The notes beneath the pieces are model-generated. The model made no database searches. It worked only from the letters and a program-made list of their open reading frames with translations, and was not told the origin of the DNA. Shown here one piece after another: positions 1 through 9,555 of a DNA stretch of 52,190 nt (within the stretch, counting starts at the first letter, position 1; each line of letters starts with the position of its first letter). A program made the translations under genes and the position numbers. Origin of the DNA: Trichomonas gallinae (taxonomy: Eukaryota); NCBI GenBank assembly GCA_008369845.1, contig MRSU01011486.1:1-52190 (forward strand), in the 5' to 3' direction.

Positions 1-20
1 TTGTCCAAATTTTTTGTAAA

Positions 21-188
21 ATGAAAGATTATAGCGTTCATAATAAGCCTTTTGAAGTATTCTTTTATCACGCCTCGATGACTATCAACAATTCGAAGCA
101 GTGGTTGAGAATAGCGGCGATAACCATGACCGAGACCGAAAAAGTGAGCTTTTTTATAACGTACAAACCTCCGGGGGACATTTGTTAA
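21..188 (+). CDS. Possible small 55-aa protein (MKDYSVHNKPFEVFFYHASM...YKPPGDIC), function unknown
   Basis: Read by hand, not in the ORF track. ATG at 21 after an AT-rich leader, open to TAA at 186-188 which forms TAAA (trichomonad polyadenylation signal). More GC-rich than the flanks. Confidence 0.35.
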   Translation: MKDYSVHNKPFEVFFYHASMTINNSKQWLRIAAITMTETEKVSFFITYKPPGDIC

Positions 189-406
189 AGTAGTAATTAT
201 TGAATAATTTTGTTAAATTTATTGGTTGTTGGCCTTTATCTTTTGGATTTGATACTATTAATAGCAATATAGTTTAGTTTTTAAATGCAACTCGATGATC
301 ATTAAATTATTTTAATTCTGGAAATATTATTTGCTTGAAAGTGGAAAATGATTAAAACAAAAGAAGATATTTTAATTTGGAAAAGAACACTTCTGTTATT
401 TTTTGA

Positions 407-2905
407 TTACAAAAGGGTGATTTCGAAATCGGAAATAATCTGTGGATCTTCGAATCCAAATACCAAAGAAGAGAAATTTCGAACCTTCTTCAACAGCATC
501 AACTTACCCTCGACGGCTTTTCTCGATTTGCTGTCAGTATGAAGCTCATTATTGAGTTTTCTTGCGTCTGCAGCGATTCTGTCCCATTCTGCAACGAAAG
601 CAGGGCAGTAGCCGCATTGCTCGAGACCCAAGACAACAGGTTTCTTCTCTCCTTCGACATTTAAGCTGAGTTTTACGCCATCATCGTGTTCATCATCTGC
701 ATTCTGGCAAATTTCGGAAACAGACCTTAATTCCGTGATAGAGATTAATTCTACGCCATCATCAGCTATTGTATCGAGTGCTGGAAGCAAACGCTCTTCG
801 TCTGCGCAAGAAATCACGTAGAAACCATCGCTGAGCATCATTTTCGCGTATTCGACTAAAGGAGTTGAGTCTCCATCATCTGTGATCTCCTTGTTCGTCG
901 GGCAGTCGATATCAAGATTATCGAGATGATCAACGAAGAAAATGATTCGTTCGAATCCGAAAGCGAGTGAGAACATCAGTGGGATGACCAATGCGTTCTT
1001 TACAAATGTTGGAAGGTCTTTCTTCTTCTTGTACGCGTCGAATAAGATTTGATTCATTTCATTTAACGCGAAAGCAGCGGATCTGAAGTCGTCAAGAAGT
1101 GAGAATTTGATTGGGAGTGCTGCTAATGTCTCTTGTGTCAGCATTTTCTCGTAATATTGTAATAAAATTTGAGCATGTGGACGGAAATCAATTCTCTGTG
1201 CTGCAATTTGCTCAATTGTCTTTCTAACAATGATCAAATACAAATCATAGATGTCATCGACCAAAAGCTCGTTTGCATCGAGATAAAATGTGAATGTTAT
1301 GCGGAGAACGCCGCTGGCGGCCATTCTGATCATAGATCTGATCATAGAAAGCTTCAAAATTGTCGAACGACCGGATTTCTTTGGTCCGATAATTGCTGCG
1401 TGCAAATTAAGAGATCCTGAAGTTGTTTCGAACTCATTAATGAATTCTTCGACTGCATTATCGAGTCCTTTAGAATGTTCTGGGATTTCTCCAAGAAATG
1501 CAAGCTCGGATTTAATTATTTGAGTAATATGCTTCATTTCGAGTTCAGCGACGTTTGTCATGAATCTGACGACGATTGGTGATGACTTGTAAAGCGCATC
1601 TCTCATTTCTTTGTCGTTGCAAATAATTTCTCCTGTTGACTTGTTAACTGACTCGATAATAGCATCGTGGCTAATTCCTTGCTTAGCTAAGCGCCTTCTT
1701 TCGATCTCATCTTGATCAATCATCTCATCTGGAGTAATTTCTTGTCCTTCTTTAACAAGCGCGCGTTTTGGAGCCTTTGGATTGTTGTCGACCATTAAGA
1801 GGCGCTTTGGAGAATCATTGCCTTGTTTTGGTGAAGAGCCGACTGCTTTCGGCGAATCGATACTTTGGATTGGAGAATGCTTAATTTCAGCTGTTGAAGG
1901 ATCATATGACTGCCTTGGCGATCTCTTTGGTGATGTTCTTCTTGGAGAATCGTTCATTGATTTTGGCGGTGAATCATATGAAGGTCTTGGAGAACGCTTT
2001 GGTTGTGTCATTATTCCTTGTGTGCTGCTCGATCCTTTGAGAAGCTTAGATTGGTGTTCTGCGGGTGAGAATTGTGCTTTGAGCTCGTCATTCTTAGATG
2101 TTGTCTCTGTATCAAACTTTGATGATGTTTCATCGAAGTAATTGTCTGTTTCCAACAACTTTTGGTTTGCATCTCCGCTCTTTTCCATATCGGAATCGAT
2201 AATTTCGCGCATCTTTGGACTAGACCTTCTCATGTTCGTAGAAGCTGATGAATATTTCTTCTTTGGTGAGCTTATGTGCTTATAATCAACTTTTGCAGAC
2301 TTTGGTTCCGAATTTTCATCAATATTATCGAATTCATCATCTGCAGAGTCATCATTGTCATTAATTTGCTCATTTTGTTGGCCCATTGACTTCCTGCTGC
2401 TTGTTCCTGATGTCAATGATGAAGTATTCGGAAGAGATGAGAATTGACTGGATTTGTTGGAGTTTGGAGGTAAATTATTGCCCTTTGCATTTGTGCTAAT
2501 TCCCTGTATTGTTTTTGGCTGCTCAGAATGCCTATTTTCGACTTTTGGTGGTTTCATCGAATTCGGAGGAGGTTTGAGGATTTTCTTAGGTCCAACAATT
2601 TTCTTTGGTGGTGACCTAGGCGCCTGCTCCTCTTGAATTTCCTCTAACTGGCAAATTTCATCTTCGGAATTATTTGATTCGTTTGTCTTTGTTGTGAACA
2701 TGATATGCATGCCAGGCTCGATGCTACTGATCGAAGTAATCACGTTTCCATTAGAATCTGTGATTGTTTCTATATCTTTCTGATTTGATAATCCGAACAA
2801 TCTCGCAAGCTGAAGTTTGAGGCCATTCATTGATGGCGGGATGAGAACTTTCTTGGAATCCTTCGTCTTTCCGCCAGTCCAACTCACAGAAACAAAGTTT
2901 GACAT
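407..2905 (-). CDS. Hypothetical protein: N-terminal KHA/doublecortin-like (ubiquitin-fold) domain, Ser-Pro-rich linker, C-terminal P-loop-like domain
   Basis: 832-aa ORF. N-terminus KKVLIPPSMNGLKLQLARLFG...ITDSNGNVITSISSIEPGMHIMF resembles KHA/DCX patterns. Many SP(x)K/R motifs. AAIIGPKKSGRST is Walker-A-like and IIFFVD is Walker-B-like. Confidence 0.75.
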   Translation of the reverse strand: MSNFVSVSWTGGKTKDSKKVLIPPSMNGLKLQLARLFGLSNQKDIETITDSNGNVITSISSIEPGMHIMFTTKTNESNNSEDEICQLEEIQEEQAPRSPPKKIVGPKKILKPPPNSMKPPKVENRHSEQPKTIQGISTNAKGNNLPPNSNKSSQFSSLPNTSSLTSGTSSRKSMGQQNEQINDNDDSADDEFDNIDENSEPKSAKVDYKHISSPKKKYSSASTNMRRSSPKMREIIDSDMEKSGDANQKLLETDNYFDETSSKFDTETTSKNDELKAQFSPAEHQSKLLKGSSSTQGIMTQPKRSPRPSYDSPPKSMNDSPRRTSPKRSPRQSYDPSTAEIKHSPIQSIDSPKAVGSSPKQGNDSPKRLLMVDNNPKAPKRALVKEGQEITPDEMIDQDEIERRRLAKQGISHDAIIESVNKSTGEIICNDKEMRDALYKSSPIVVRFMTNVAELEMKHITQIIKSELAFLGEIPEHSKGLDNAVEEFINEFETTSGSLNLHAAIIGPKKSGRSTILKLSMIRSMIRMAASGVLRITFTFYLDANELLVDDIYDLYLIIVRKTIEQIAAQRIDFRPHAQILLQYYEKMLTQETLAALPIKFSLLDDFRSAAFALNEMNQILFDAYKKKKDLPTFVKNALVIPLMFSLAFGFERIIFFVDHLDNLDIDCPTNKEITDDGDSTPLVEYAKMMLSDGFYVISCADEERLLPALDTIADDGVELISITELRSVSEICQNADDEHDDGVKLSLNVEGEKKPVVLGLEQCGYCPAFVAEWDRIAADARKLNNELHTDSKSRKAVEGKLMLLKKVRNFSSLVFGFEDPQIISDFEITLL

Positions 2906-3523
2906 TTCGCAAATTTTGTAAAAAAAAAGTAAAATTTAGGAATAAACATTGGTATCTTTTTGCTGCGGATTTGGCTTTTGTAAAGTAAAATATACTGAAA
3001 TTGCTACGAAATCGAGTGGAATCTAATGAATTTAAAAATGAGACTAATATAGTTTCGAAATCAACCTTTTCATATATTACAATTCTATTTCATACATCCA
3101 TATTTGCTCATTGTATTATCAATATTAAGCCAATTTTTAAATAATTTCCCTGTAAAAATATCTATCACATTAAATGTCAATAACCCTTATAAATACACAA
3201 CAAAATTCATTAATGTCCGATTATAAATATTGGCGCTGTTGATTATTAAGCACATAAAAGATGGAAAAATTTTAAGTTAGAGATTGCGCAAAAAAAGTTG
3301 TAGATGAACGACTCGCTGTAGATGAAAACATGGAATTAGATTGATTTTGGTTTAAGCAAAAAAAAAAGAAATGATAATTGGAGCTGACAGTCTAATTGAA
3401 TCTCCATTACATTTCTTTTAAACTATATAAACAGCTTCGAAATAAAGATAGTTACTATTCACTGCTTTATTTTTGACATGTAAATTATTTATGCGGCATA
3501 ATTAGAGAACCGTTTGAAAATAA

Positions 3524-3949
3524 ATGCGAGAAACAAAACCTAGCATACTTGGCTTGTTCCTTGGCTTGCTTATACATGTCAGTAGTGGCTGGCTTGCCCT
3601 AATATTCATTATAAATATTCTTCTTTTCATATATAAAGGTATAGAGCTTCCATACGCGGGCCCATATTTCCCAATGGACGTTATTTTATACTGCTGCTGG
3701 GGAATTATGTCACTCATTCGTACACAAGTAGGAAATAGAGGCGTTAGACGCTTTGATGGCGTAGCATTAATCATGTTTTCCGTTGTTACACTCTTCGCAA
3801 TGATTGCAAGTCTTTATTTCGCGTTATACCAAACATACGTATTAAGACTCGAATTCATTTTCAACATATTTTCTTTAGCATTAGAATGCATCGAATTTAT
3901 TCTCGGTCTTGGTTCAGCTATTATGTACCTTGTTGCCCAAAAGGTTTAA
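3524..3949 (+). CDS. TMEM216/TMEM80/TMEM17-family four-TM ciliary transition-zone (MKS module) protein
   Basis: 141 aa with four hydrophobic segments. Family motifs FIYKGIELPY and YQTYVLRLE (cf. TMEM216 FLYKGVLLPY, LQTYVLRLE). Confidence 0.85.
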   Translation: MRETKPSILGLFLGLLIHVSSGWLALIFIINILLFIYKGIELPYAGPYFPMDVILYCCWGIMSLIRTQVGNRGVRRFDGVALIMFSVVTLFAMIASLYFALYQTYVLRLEFIFNIFSLALECIEFILGLGSAIMYLVAQKV

Positions 3950-4144
3950 ATTGTTATTGCTGTTTTATATTGCTAAATTATCCAACCTAAAAAATATTTT
4001 AATTTTTTAAATTTTTTTAGCTTAATATAAATGAAAACCAAATCTTCATTTAATCATCTAAAACATGACTCAATATAATTACAAAAATAAAACAAAAGAG
4101 AAATAGTTTTTTATTTTTAATTACAGAGTTGTATATTTTGAGGC

Positions 4145-6403
4145 TTATTTATATTGGTCGAAAAAGGCTTCAGTGGAGTCCTCTTGCTTTGCTTCTTCCT
4201 CGTCGATAGGAAGTCCTTCTTCGTCATCAACTTTTTCATCCTCGTTTTCGTCATCAAGTTGCTGGAACTGTCTCAAGATTCTATCGCCTAAGTCTGAGAC
4301 ACCCATGCCTGAGCTTTCTTCTATATTGGAATTGTGTTCTGCCTTTGGAATTTCAGAGTTTTCCTCTTCGAACTTTGAATTAGTAGCTTCGTCCTTTATC
4401 TCTTCTTGCTGTTCGAAAACCACTTCTTTATGCTCTTCTTCCTTTGGCTTCTCATCAACAGTTTCTTCAATCTTGACTTCATCTTCTTCTTCTTTATGAT
4501 CAACAATTTCGTCTTTGTGCTCTTCCTCCTCTATTTGAGGTGCTTCTTCATCTTTATGTTCTTCTTCTTCACTGTGCTTCTCATCAGCAGCTTCTTCAAT
4601 CTTAGCTTCTTCTTCTATTTGAAGTTCTTCTTCTTTAACTTCTTCTTCTTCATGCTGTTTCTCATCAACAGTCTCTTCTTCTTTAAGATTTTCTACCTCT
4701 TCAATTTGAGGTTCTTTTTCTTCTTCAATATTTTCTTCCTGCTGAGTTGTTTCCTCCAACTTTGGAACCTCATCAACTTCGCCTTGTATTTGTTCAACAA
4801 TTTCCTCTTCCTTTACTTCATCTTCGTGCTTCTCATCAACTGCCTCTTCGATCTTAACTTCCTCTACTTCTTTATGTTCTTCTATCTTGACCTCTTCTTG
4901 TTTTTGCTCAACAATTTCTTCTTCCTTATGTTCTTCCTCTATTTCAGGTTCTTCTTCTGGGCGTCTAGAAATGTCGAATACTGTCAATGGCTCTTTTTCT
5001 TCCTCTTCTTCGAGAGCTTCATCTAACTTCGGAAGGTCATCATTTTCATCTTCTTCTTCTTGTTTCTGTTCAACAACCTCTTCCTTCTTTTCTTCTTCAT
5101 CTAATTGTGGAAGTCCTTCATCTTCTTCTTTCTTCTCTTCTTCAACAAAAGCTTTTTCCTCCTTCTTTTCTTCAACAACTTCTTCCTTTTGTTTTTCTTC
5201 TGCTTTTTCTTCTTCTTCTTTTGCATCTGCTTCTATCTGCTTCAAGAGTTCTTCTGGTGAAATGATATCATCGTCATCATCATCAGAGTCTCCTAACTGC
5301 GGCAAAACAATGTCATCGTCGTTGTTCTCGTTTTCATTCTGTTTTGCGTCTTCGTGTTTCTCTTCTTCTTCGTCTTTGTCATCATGGAAGTCGAAATGTG
5401 GCTCATCTTCCTCTTCTTCTTCCTTCTTTTCCTCTGGCTTTGTTTCTTCTTGATTCTGTTCTTCAATTTTTTCGGTTTCATTATTTTCTTCGGTAATTTC
5501 AGTCTTTTCTTCTTCCTTATTCTCCTCTTCATGTTCATGAACTTCTTCTTGTTGTTCTTTTTCTTCTTCTTTAACAGTTTCATCGATTTTTTCATTCTCT
5601 TCCTCTTCTTCCTCATGAGGAGCTTCAACCTGTGTAATATCCTGTTCTTCCTTGTTTTCTGTCTCGTCTTCGTTGTTTTCTTTGTTATTATTTTCATTTT
5701 CGTTATTTTCGATTTCTTTTTCTTCATCTTCCAATGATTGGTTAATTTGCATGTTGGAAATTTCGTTGGCAGCCTTCTGATCGATTCCTTTTTCGTCGAT
5801 CAAATTCGGTCTCTTATTCTTCTTTGCCTTCGGTGATTTCTTCTTTTCGAGTTGTTTCTGTTCGAGCTGTGCCCTAATTTCAGCGATTTGGGCATCAAGA
5901 TCTTGAATTTGTTTCTCTTTCTCTTCGAATGATTCTTTGTCCAAGTCCACAATGTAAGAATCCTGCTCTCCTGGCTTCCAAATCTCAAGTGGATCGATTT
6001 TACGTATGATGTAATCCCTTTCGAGGAAATGTAAAGCCTTTGTACGAATAATTTGCGCATCTTTTTTCATTTTGTCCGAAACGTGAACTCCATTGAGCGT
6101 TTCAATATTGCGGCCGAAAACTGCTAAAGCCATTGCAGAGAAGTACTTGTGTTTCGCGATTGGTGAATTTTTAATTGATAAATTTTGAAGACTTAACTGT
6201 TGCTTTCCGCCAGCAAAGGATACGATTTTGCATCCATCCATGCGTAAAACGCGAAGTGAAGGCATAGAAGGAAGTCCTACGAAATTTGTAAAGTCGTTTT
6301 CGCTGAGATCAAGAGTGCATATTGGAGGCTCCTCCTGAAACTTAGGCATTTTCGTAAGATGACGGCCGGCATAACTCACTATTCGCGACTGAGTTCGTTC
6401 CAT
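4145..6403 (-). CDS. Leucine-rich repeat protein with a long Glu-rich low-complexity/coiled tail
   Basis: N-terminal LRRs (TLDLSENDF, LRVLRMDGCKI, LQNLSIKNSPI) with an LRRcap-like IETLNG. The remaining ~550 aa are Glu/Lys/Asp-rich with imperfect (V/A)KIEE(A/T)xDEK repeats. Confidence 0.85.
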   Translation of the reverse strand: MERTQSRIVSYAGRHLTKMPKFQEEPPICTLDLSENDFTNFVGLPSMPSLRVLRMDGCKIVSFAGGKQQLSLQNLSIKNSPIAKHKYFSAMALAVFGRNIETLNGVHVSDKMKKDAQIIRTKALHFLERDYIIRKIDPLEIWKPGEQDSYIVDLDKESFEEKEKQIQDLDAQIAEIRAQLEQKQLEKKKSPKAKKNKRPNLIDEKGIDQKAANEISNMQINQSLEDEEKEIENNENENNNKENNEDETENKEEQDITQVEAPHEEEEEENEKIDETVKEEEKEQQEEVHEHEEENKEEEKTEITEENNETEKIEEQNQEETKPEEKKEEEEEDEPHFDFHDDKDEEEEKHEDAKQNENENNDDDIVLPQLGDSDDDDDDIISPEELLKQIEADAKEEEEKAEEKQKEEVVEEKKEEKAFVEEEKKEEDEGLPQLDEEEKKEEVVEQKQEEEDENDDLPKLDEALEEEEEKEPLTVFDISRRPEEEPEIEEEHKEEEIVEQKQEEVKIEEHKEVEEVKIEEAVDEKHEDEVKEEEIVEQIQGEVDEVPKLEETTQQEENIEEEKEPQIEEVENLKEEETVDEKQHEEEEVKEEELQIEEEAKIEEAADEKHSEEEEHKDEEAPQIEEEEHKDEIVDHKEEEDEVKIEETVDEKPKEEEHKEVVFEQQEEIKDEATNSKFEEENSEIPKAEHNSNIEESSGMGVSDLGDRILRQFQQLDDENEDEKVDDEEGLPIDEEEAKQEDSTEAFFDQYK

Positions 6404-6544
6404 TCTACACTTTCGGTTTTTTTTTTTTTTTAGTTTACAATTTTTTTTTCAACTGATTTTGGAAAAAATTTGGATATGAAATTCGTTGGATTTAGCTGTA
6501 TATACAGAATATTTTCGAATTAATTCCGGTTTTTAGAATTTTTT

Positions 6545-6830
6545 TGTAATTTTCAAAATATTTTTCATTTTTTTATTACCAGCATTTGTGCTTCATGTTA
6601 CTTTAGGCTGCTATTTAGTTATTTCATAAATAAAATGATTCAAAGACCAAATTTAAAAAATCAGAAATATTTTTGATATTTTTATTATTAGTGTTTCGGC
6701 TTCATAATTCTTCTGGCTACTATTTATTGATTTCATAAATGAAACATTTGAGAAATCATAATTTGAAATTTCAAAAATATAACATGATTTTTCAGTAATG
6801 TTTGATTCATTTTCGTGCTGTTTACTGATG
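6545..6830. repeat. Degenerate tandem repeat, ~110-bp unit, about 2.5 copies
   Basis: GCTTCAT-N~9-GGCT.CTATTTA.T.ATTTCATAAAT.AAA at about 6590 and 6699. Confidence 0.6.
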
Positions 6831-7071
6831 CTTTTAAAGATTTTATAGGAAAATGGTTTGTGATCCTCATATGAATTTTTCCAAAATATTTTATCTTTTC
6901 CATTCTGCTAACTTATCATTATATCATTTCGAGTTAAAGCGATATTCACCAGATAATTATTCACTGTACCCTTAAAATTCACCAAAAATAGAGAAAAAAA
7001 TTTTTTTGGCTAGTATTATAGTATTACAACTATTATGAACGGTTTATTCATGACAAATTACAAACATTATA

Positions 7072-8374
7072 TTAAAACCCTACAAATAAAACTTCGTCAA
7101 TCAAATCTTCTGGAAAATCTGTGATTGGTGGATGAAGATATGCTGTGAATAGCCCAGAATCGACCTTATAAGTTGCCAAGTATTGATAAATTTCATCTGG
7201 GATTTCTTTCTTGTAAGAATCGTCATTAAACACTTGCGTGCTTAATTTCGACATGAAATCATTAGCAAATGATACTTGTGTCCTTGATGTTGATTCCTTA
7301 CTAATTGTGATGACGTCTGGAATAAATGTGTCTATAACAAGATTTCTGTATCTTGGAATGTTGATAATTAAAAGTATGAAGTTGAAAATCGCCTGAAATG
7401 CTATCGAGTGCCCAGGATAACCAGTGTAAACTTCAAGTAGGCGAGAAATTACAGCGCTCAGGTCTAAATATGCGACTTCGTTGTGAATGTTTGATAGCAA
7501 TGCGCTCAGACATTGAAGAGCATTGACCTGGTACTCTAAAAATCCGCTTTGATCCTTGATACAAACATTGGTCACTGCTTCTTCTATAAACTGGATTTCG
7601 TCAGCAAGGGACATGATATATGGCTTTGAAAGGATCAAAACTAGCGACCAGGACATGGACTTTACCCTTGTTGAATCACAATTTATTGATTTTTTGAGAA
7701 TGTCGATGAGTTTTGCTTGATCATAGGTGTCAACAATGGCCGGATTCAGCAAAACTGCAAAAGCAATTTTCAAAAGTCCATATTTTGTGAGCTCATCGAC
7801 TTGATCGTATAATTCGATTATCGAATTGATGAAGCTTATGTTGCTAAAATATTTATGCACCACAATAAGATCATCATTCAGCTCAAAAAGATTCTCAAAC
7901 ATAGAAATAATTTGATATGAGAATGCAAATTTGATGAGCGAGGGTACAAAAGAAAGCGCGGCAGATATGCAGTTGGGAAAGTTATTCACACATGTCTCAA
8001 TAATATTGCAAATCACATGATAATCTGAGTCATTATTCAAAGATGCCGCATAATCTTTGAGTTCATCCGATTCTGACACTAGGACAGAGATATGCTTGTT
8101 GCCCAGCATGAATAGGCGCATTGCTATCTTCTGTTCTTTATCATCTTCTGCATGTAATAGAATTTTTATGAACTCTTCCTTGTAATCTTTAAAGCTGTTT
8201 GTTAGAAATAAAGCCATACAAATCATTAATGACTGCTACATTTCTCTGTAGCATAGTGAGAGTAATTGGACTCTCGAGCAAATACCTAAAGGAGGTCGTC
8301 CCCTGTTTAACACCATCTATCATAGCGGTAAGGTCCGTCATGGGATCATTATAGCCAGGTTTACAACCAAGCAT
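7072..8374 (-). CDS. Helical-repeat (ARM/SAPS-like) hypothetical protein, two exons join(8220..8374, 7072..8194), ~425 aa; start codon uncertain (8374 or 8341)
   Basis: ORF-track entries 8189..8419 and 7072..8226 join in frame (NVAVINDF|FKDYKEEF) on removal of the 25-nt intron 8195..8219. Amphipathic helical composition. The N-terminus loosely resembles SIT4-associated protein N-termini. Confidence 0.8.
8195..8219 (-). other. 25-nt spliceosomal intron GTATGGCTTTATTTCTAACAAACAG (phase 2)
   Basis: GTATG donor. Branch point fused to the acceptor as TCTAACAAACAG (trichomonad consensus ACTAACACACAG). Removal restores the reading frame. Confidence 0.9.
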
Positions 8375-9555
8375 ATCGATTCCCGATGGTATAGACAACG
8401 GGGATGAAATCTCCCTCAATATTGAAGCAAAAACCGCGAAACAATCTCAAAACTTTAAACACAAAATTTTCTCAAAAAATTTACTTTACATGTCAGATAT
8501 AAATTATTTGGATTCAATTTTTGGTTATTTTTGCTTTACACATGTTTTCACGCACCTGAACTAGAAGGACGATTAAATTTTGTCAAAAAATAATCTACGT
8601 GACAGATATAATGATTGAATTAAAAATTATGTGCCAAAATTTTTTGGTTTTGTTAGAAATAGTGATTTTGAGTGTAATGTATGTGATCCCCTGCTTCAGA
8701 TTTTAAGGATAAAAACAATTATGTCAGATTTTTTAATTCTCCATCAACCAGCTTCATCTATTGCTCCGTTGATGTTTGTCTCCATAAAGAAGTAAAAGCT
8801 ATAGATTTGATATCTTTATTGGAATAACAATGGTCACCTAAAAAACCAAAAAATCTTTATTGATTTAATTAAAATCAGCAGTACTGACTAGACAACTTTT
8901 GGTTTGCATGGATTCTTTGTGTGAATCATGTTGAAATCTTATAAGACTTACAAATACCTTCTTCACGAATTAGATTAAATTATTGATTTAACTTGAACAT
9001 AAATGAGATAGTTTGTGTGGTATATTTTGACTTATCTTGATATAGGAAAATAGGATTTTGATTCATAATAGTGGAATTAGCATGAAAAAATTATATTTTA
9101 TTTCATTAAAATGCCAAAATTCACTTGGTTTTTGATATATTGCTTTATTGTTAGTGTATAATGAGATATATATGATGATAAGGGCTAAATCATTTACAGA
9201 TCAATTGAATTTTTTCCTATGGTGTTGTTATCAACCAAAAGTTGTACATTTTGATTGTTCCCTGTCAAAACTATATTTCTTTATTCCGTTAAACCATGCG
9301 GATTCAGATTTCACAAAATTCAGCTGTGGTTCAATAAAAAGGCCGATTTCACATAAAAATGATATATCTAAAAGTATCTATATCAATAGTAAAAAACGTA
9401 AATTTAAATATAAAAGTGACATGAAAATTGACGCTAAAGGTGACATTTTGCCATGTAATTAGATTTATGTATGCTAGAAATCGTTCTAAAAGAAATTATT
9501 TGTAAAAAATAAAAAAAATACAAAATAACGATAAAAAAGCTGTGAAAAGATAAGA

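Noticed and set aside
4173..5737. Several long antisense or alternative-frame ORFs rich in Ser, Phe or Lys
   Set aside because: Shadows of the GAA-rich Glu tract of 4145..6403.
9148..9462. 104-aa ORF and similar short intergenic ORFs (13659, 17405, 17648, 35997, 39799, 41898, 47227, 47408, 51218)
   Set aside because: AT-rich composition, often non-ATG starts and no recognisable motifs.
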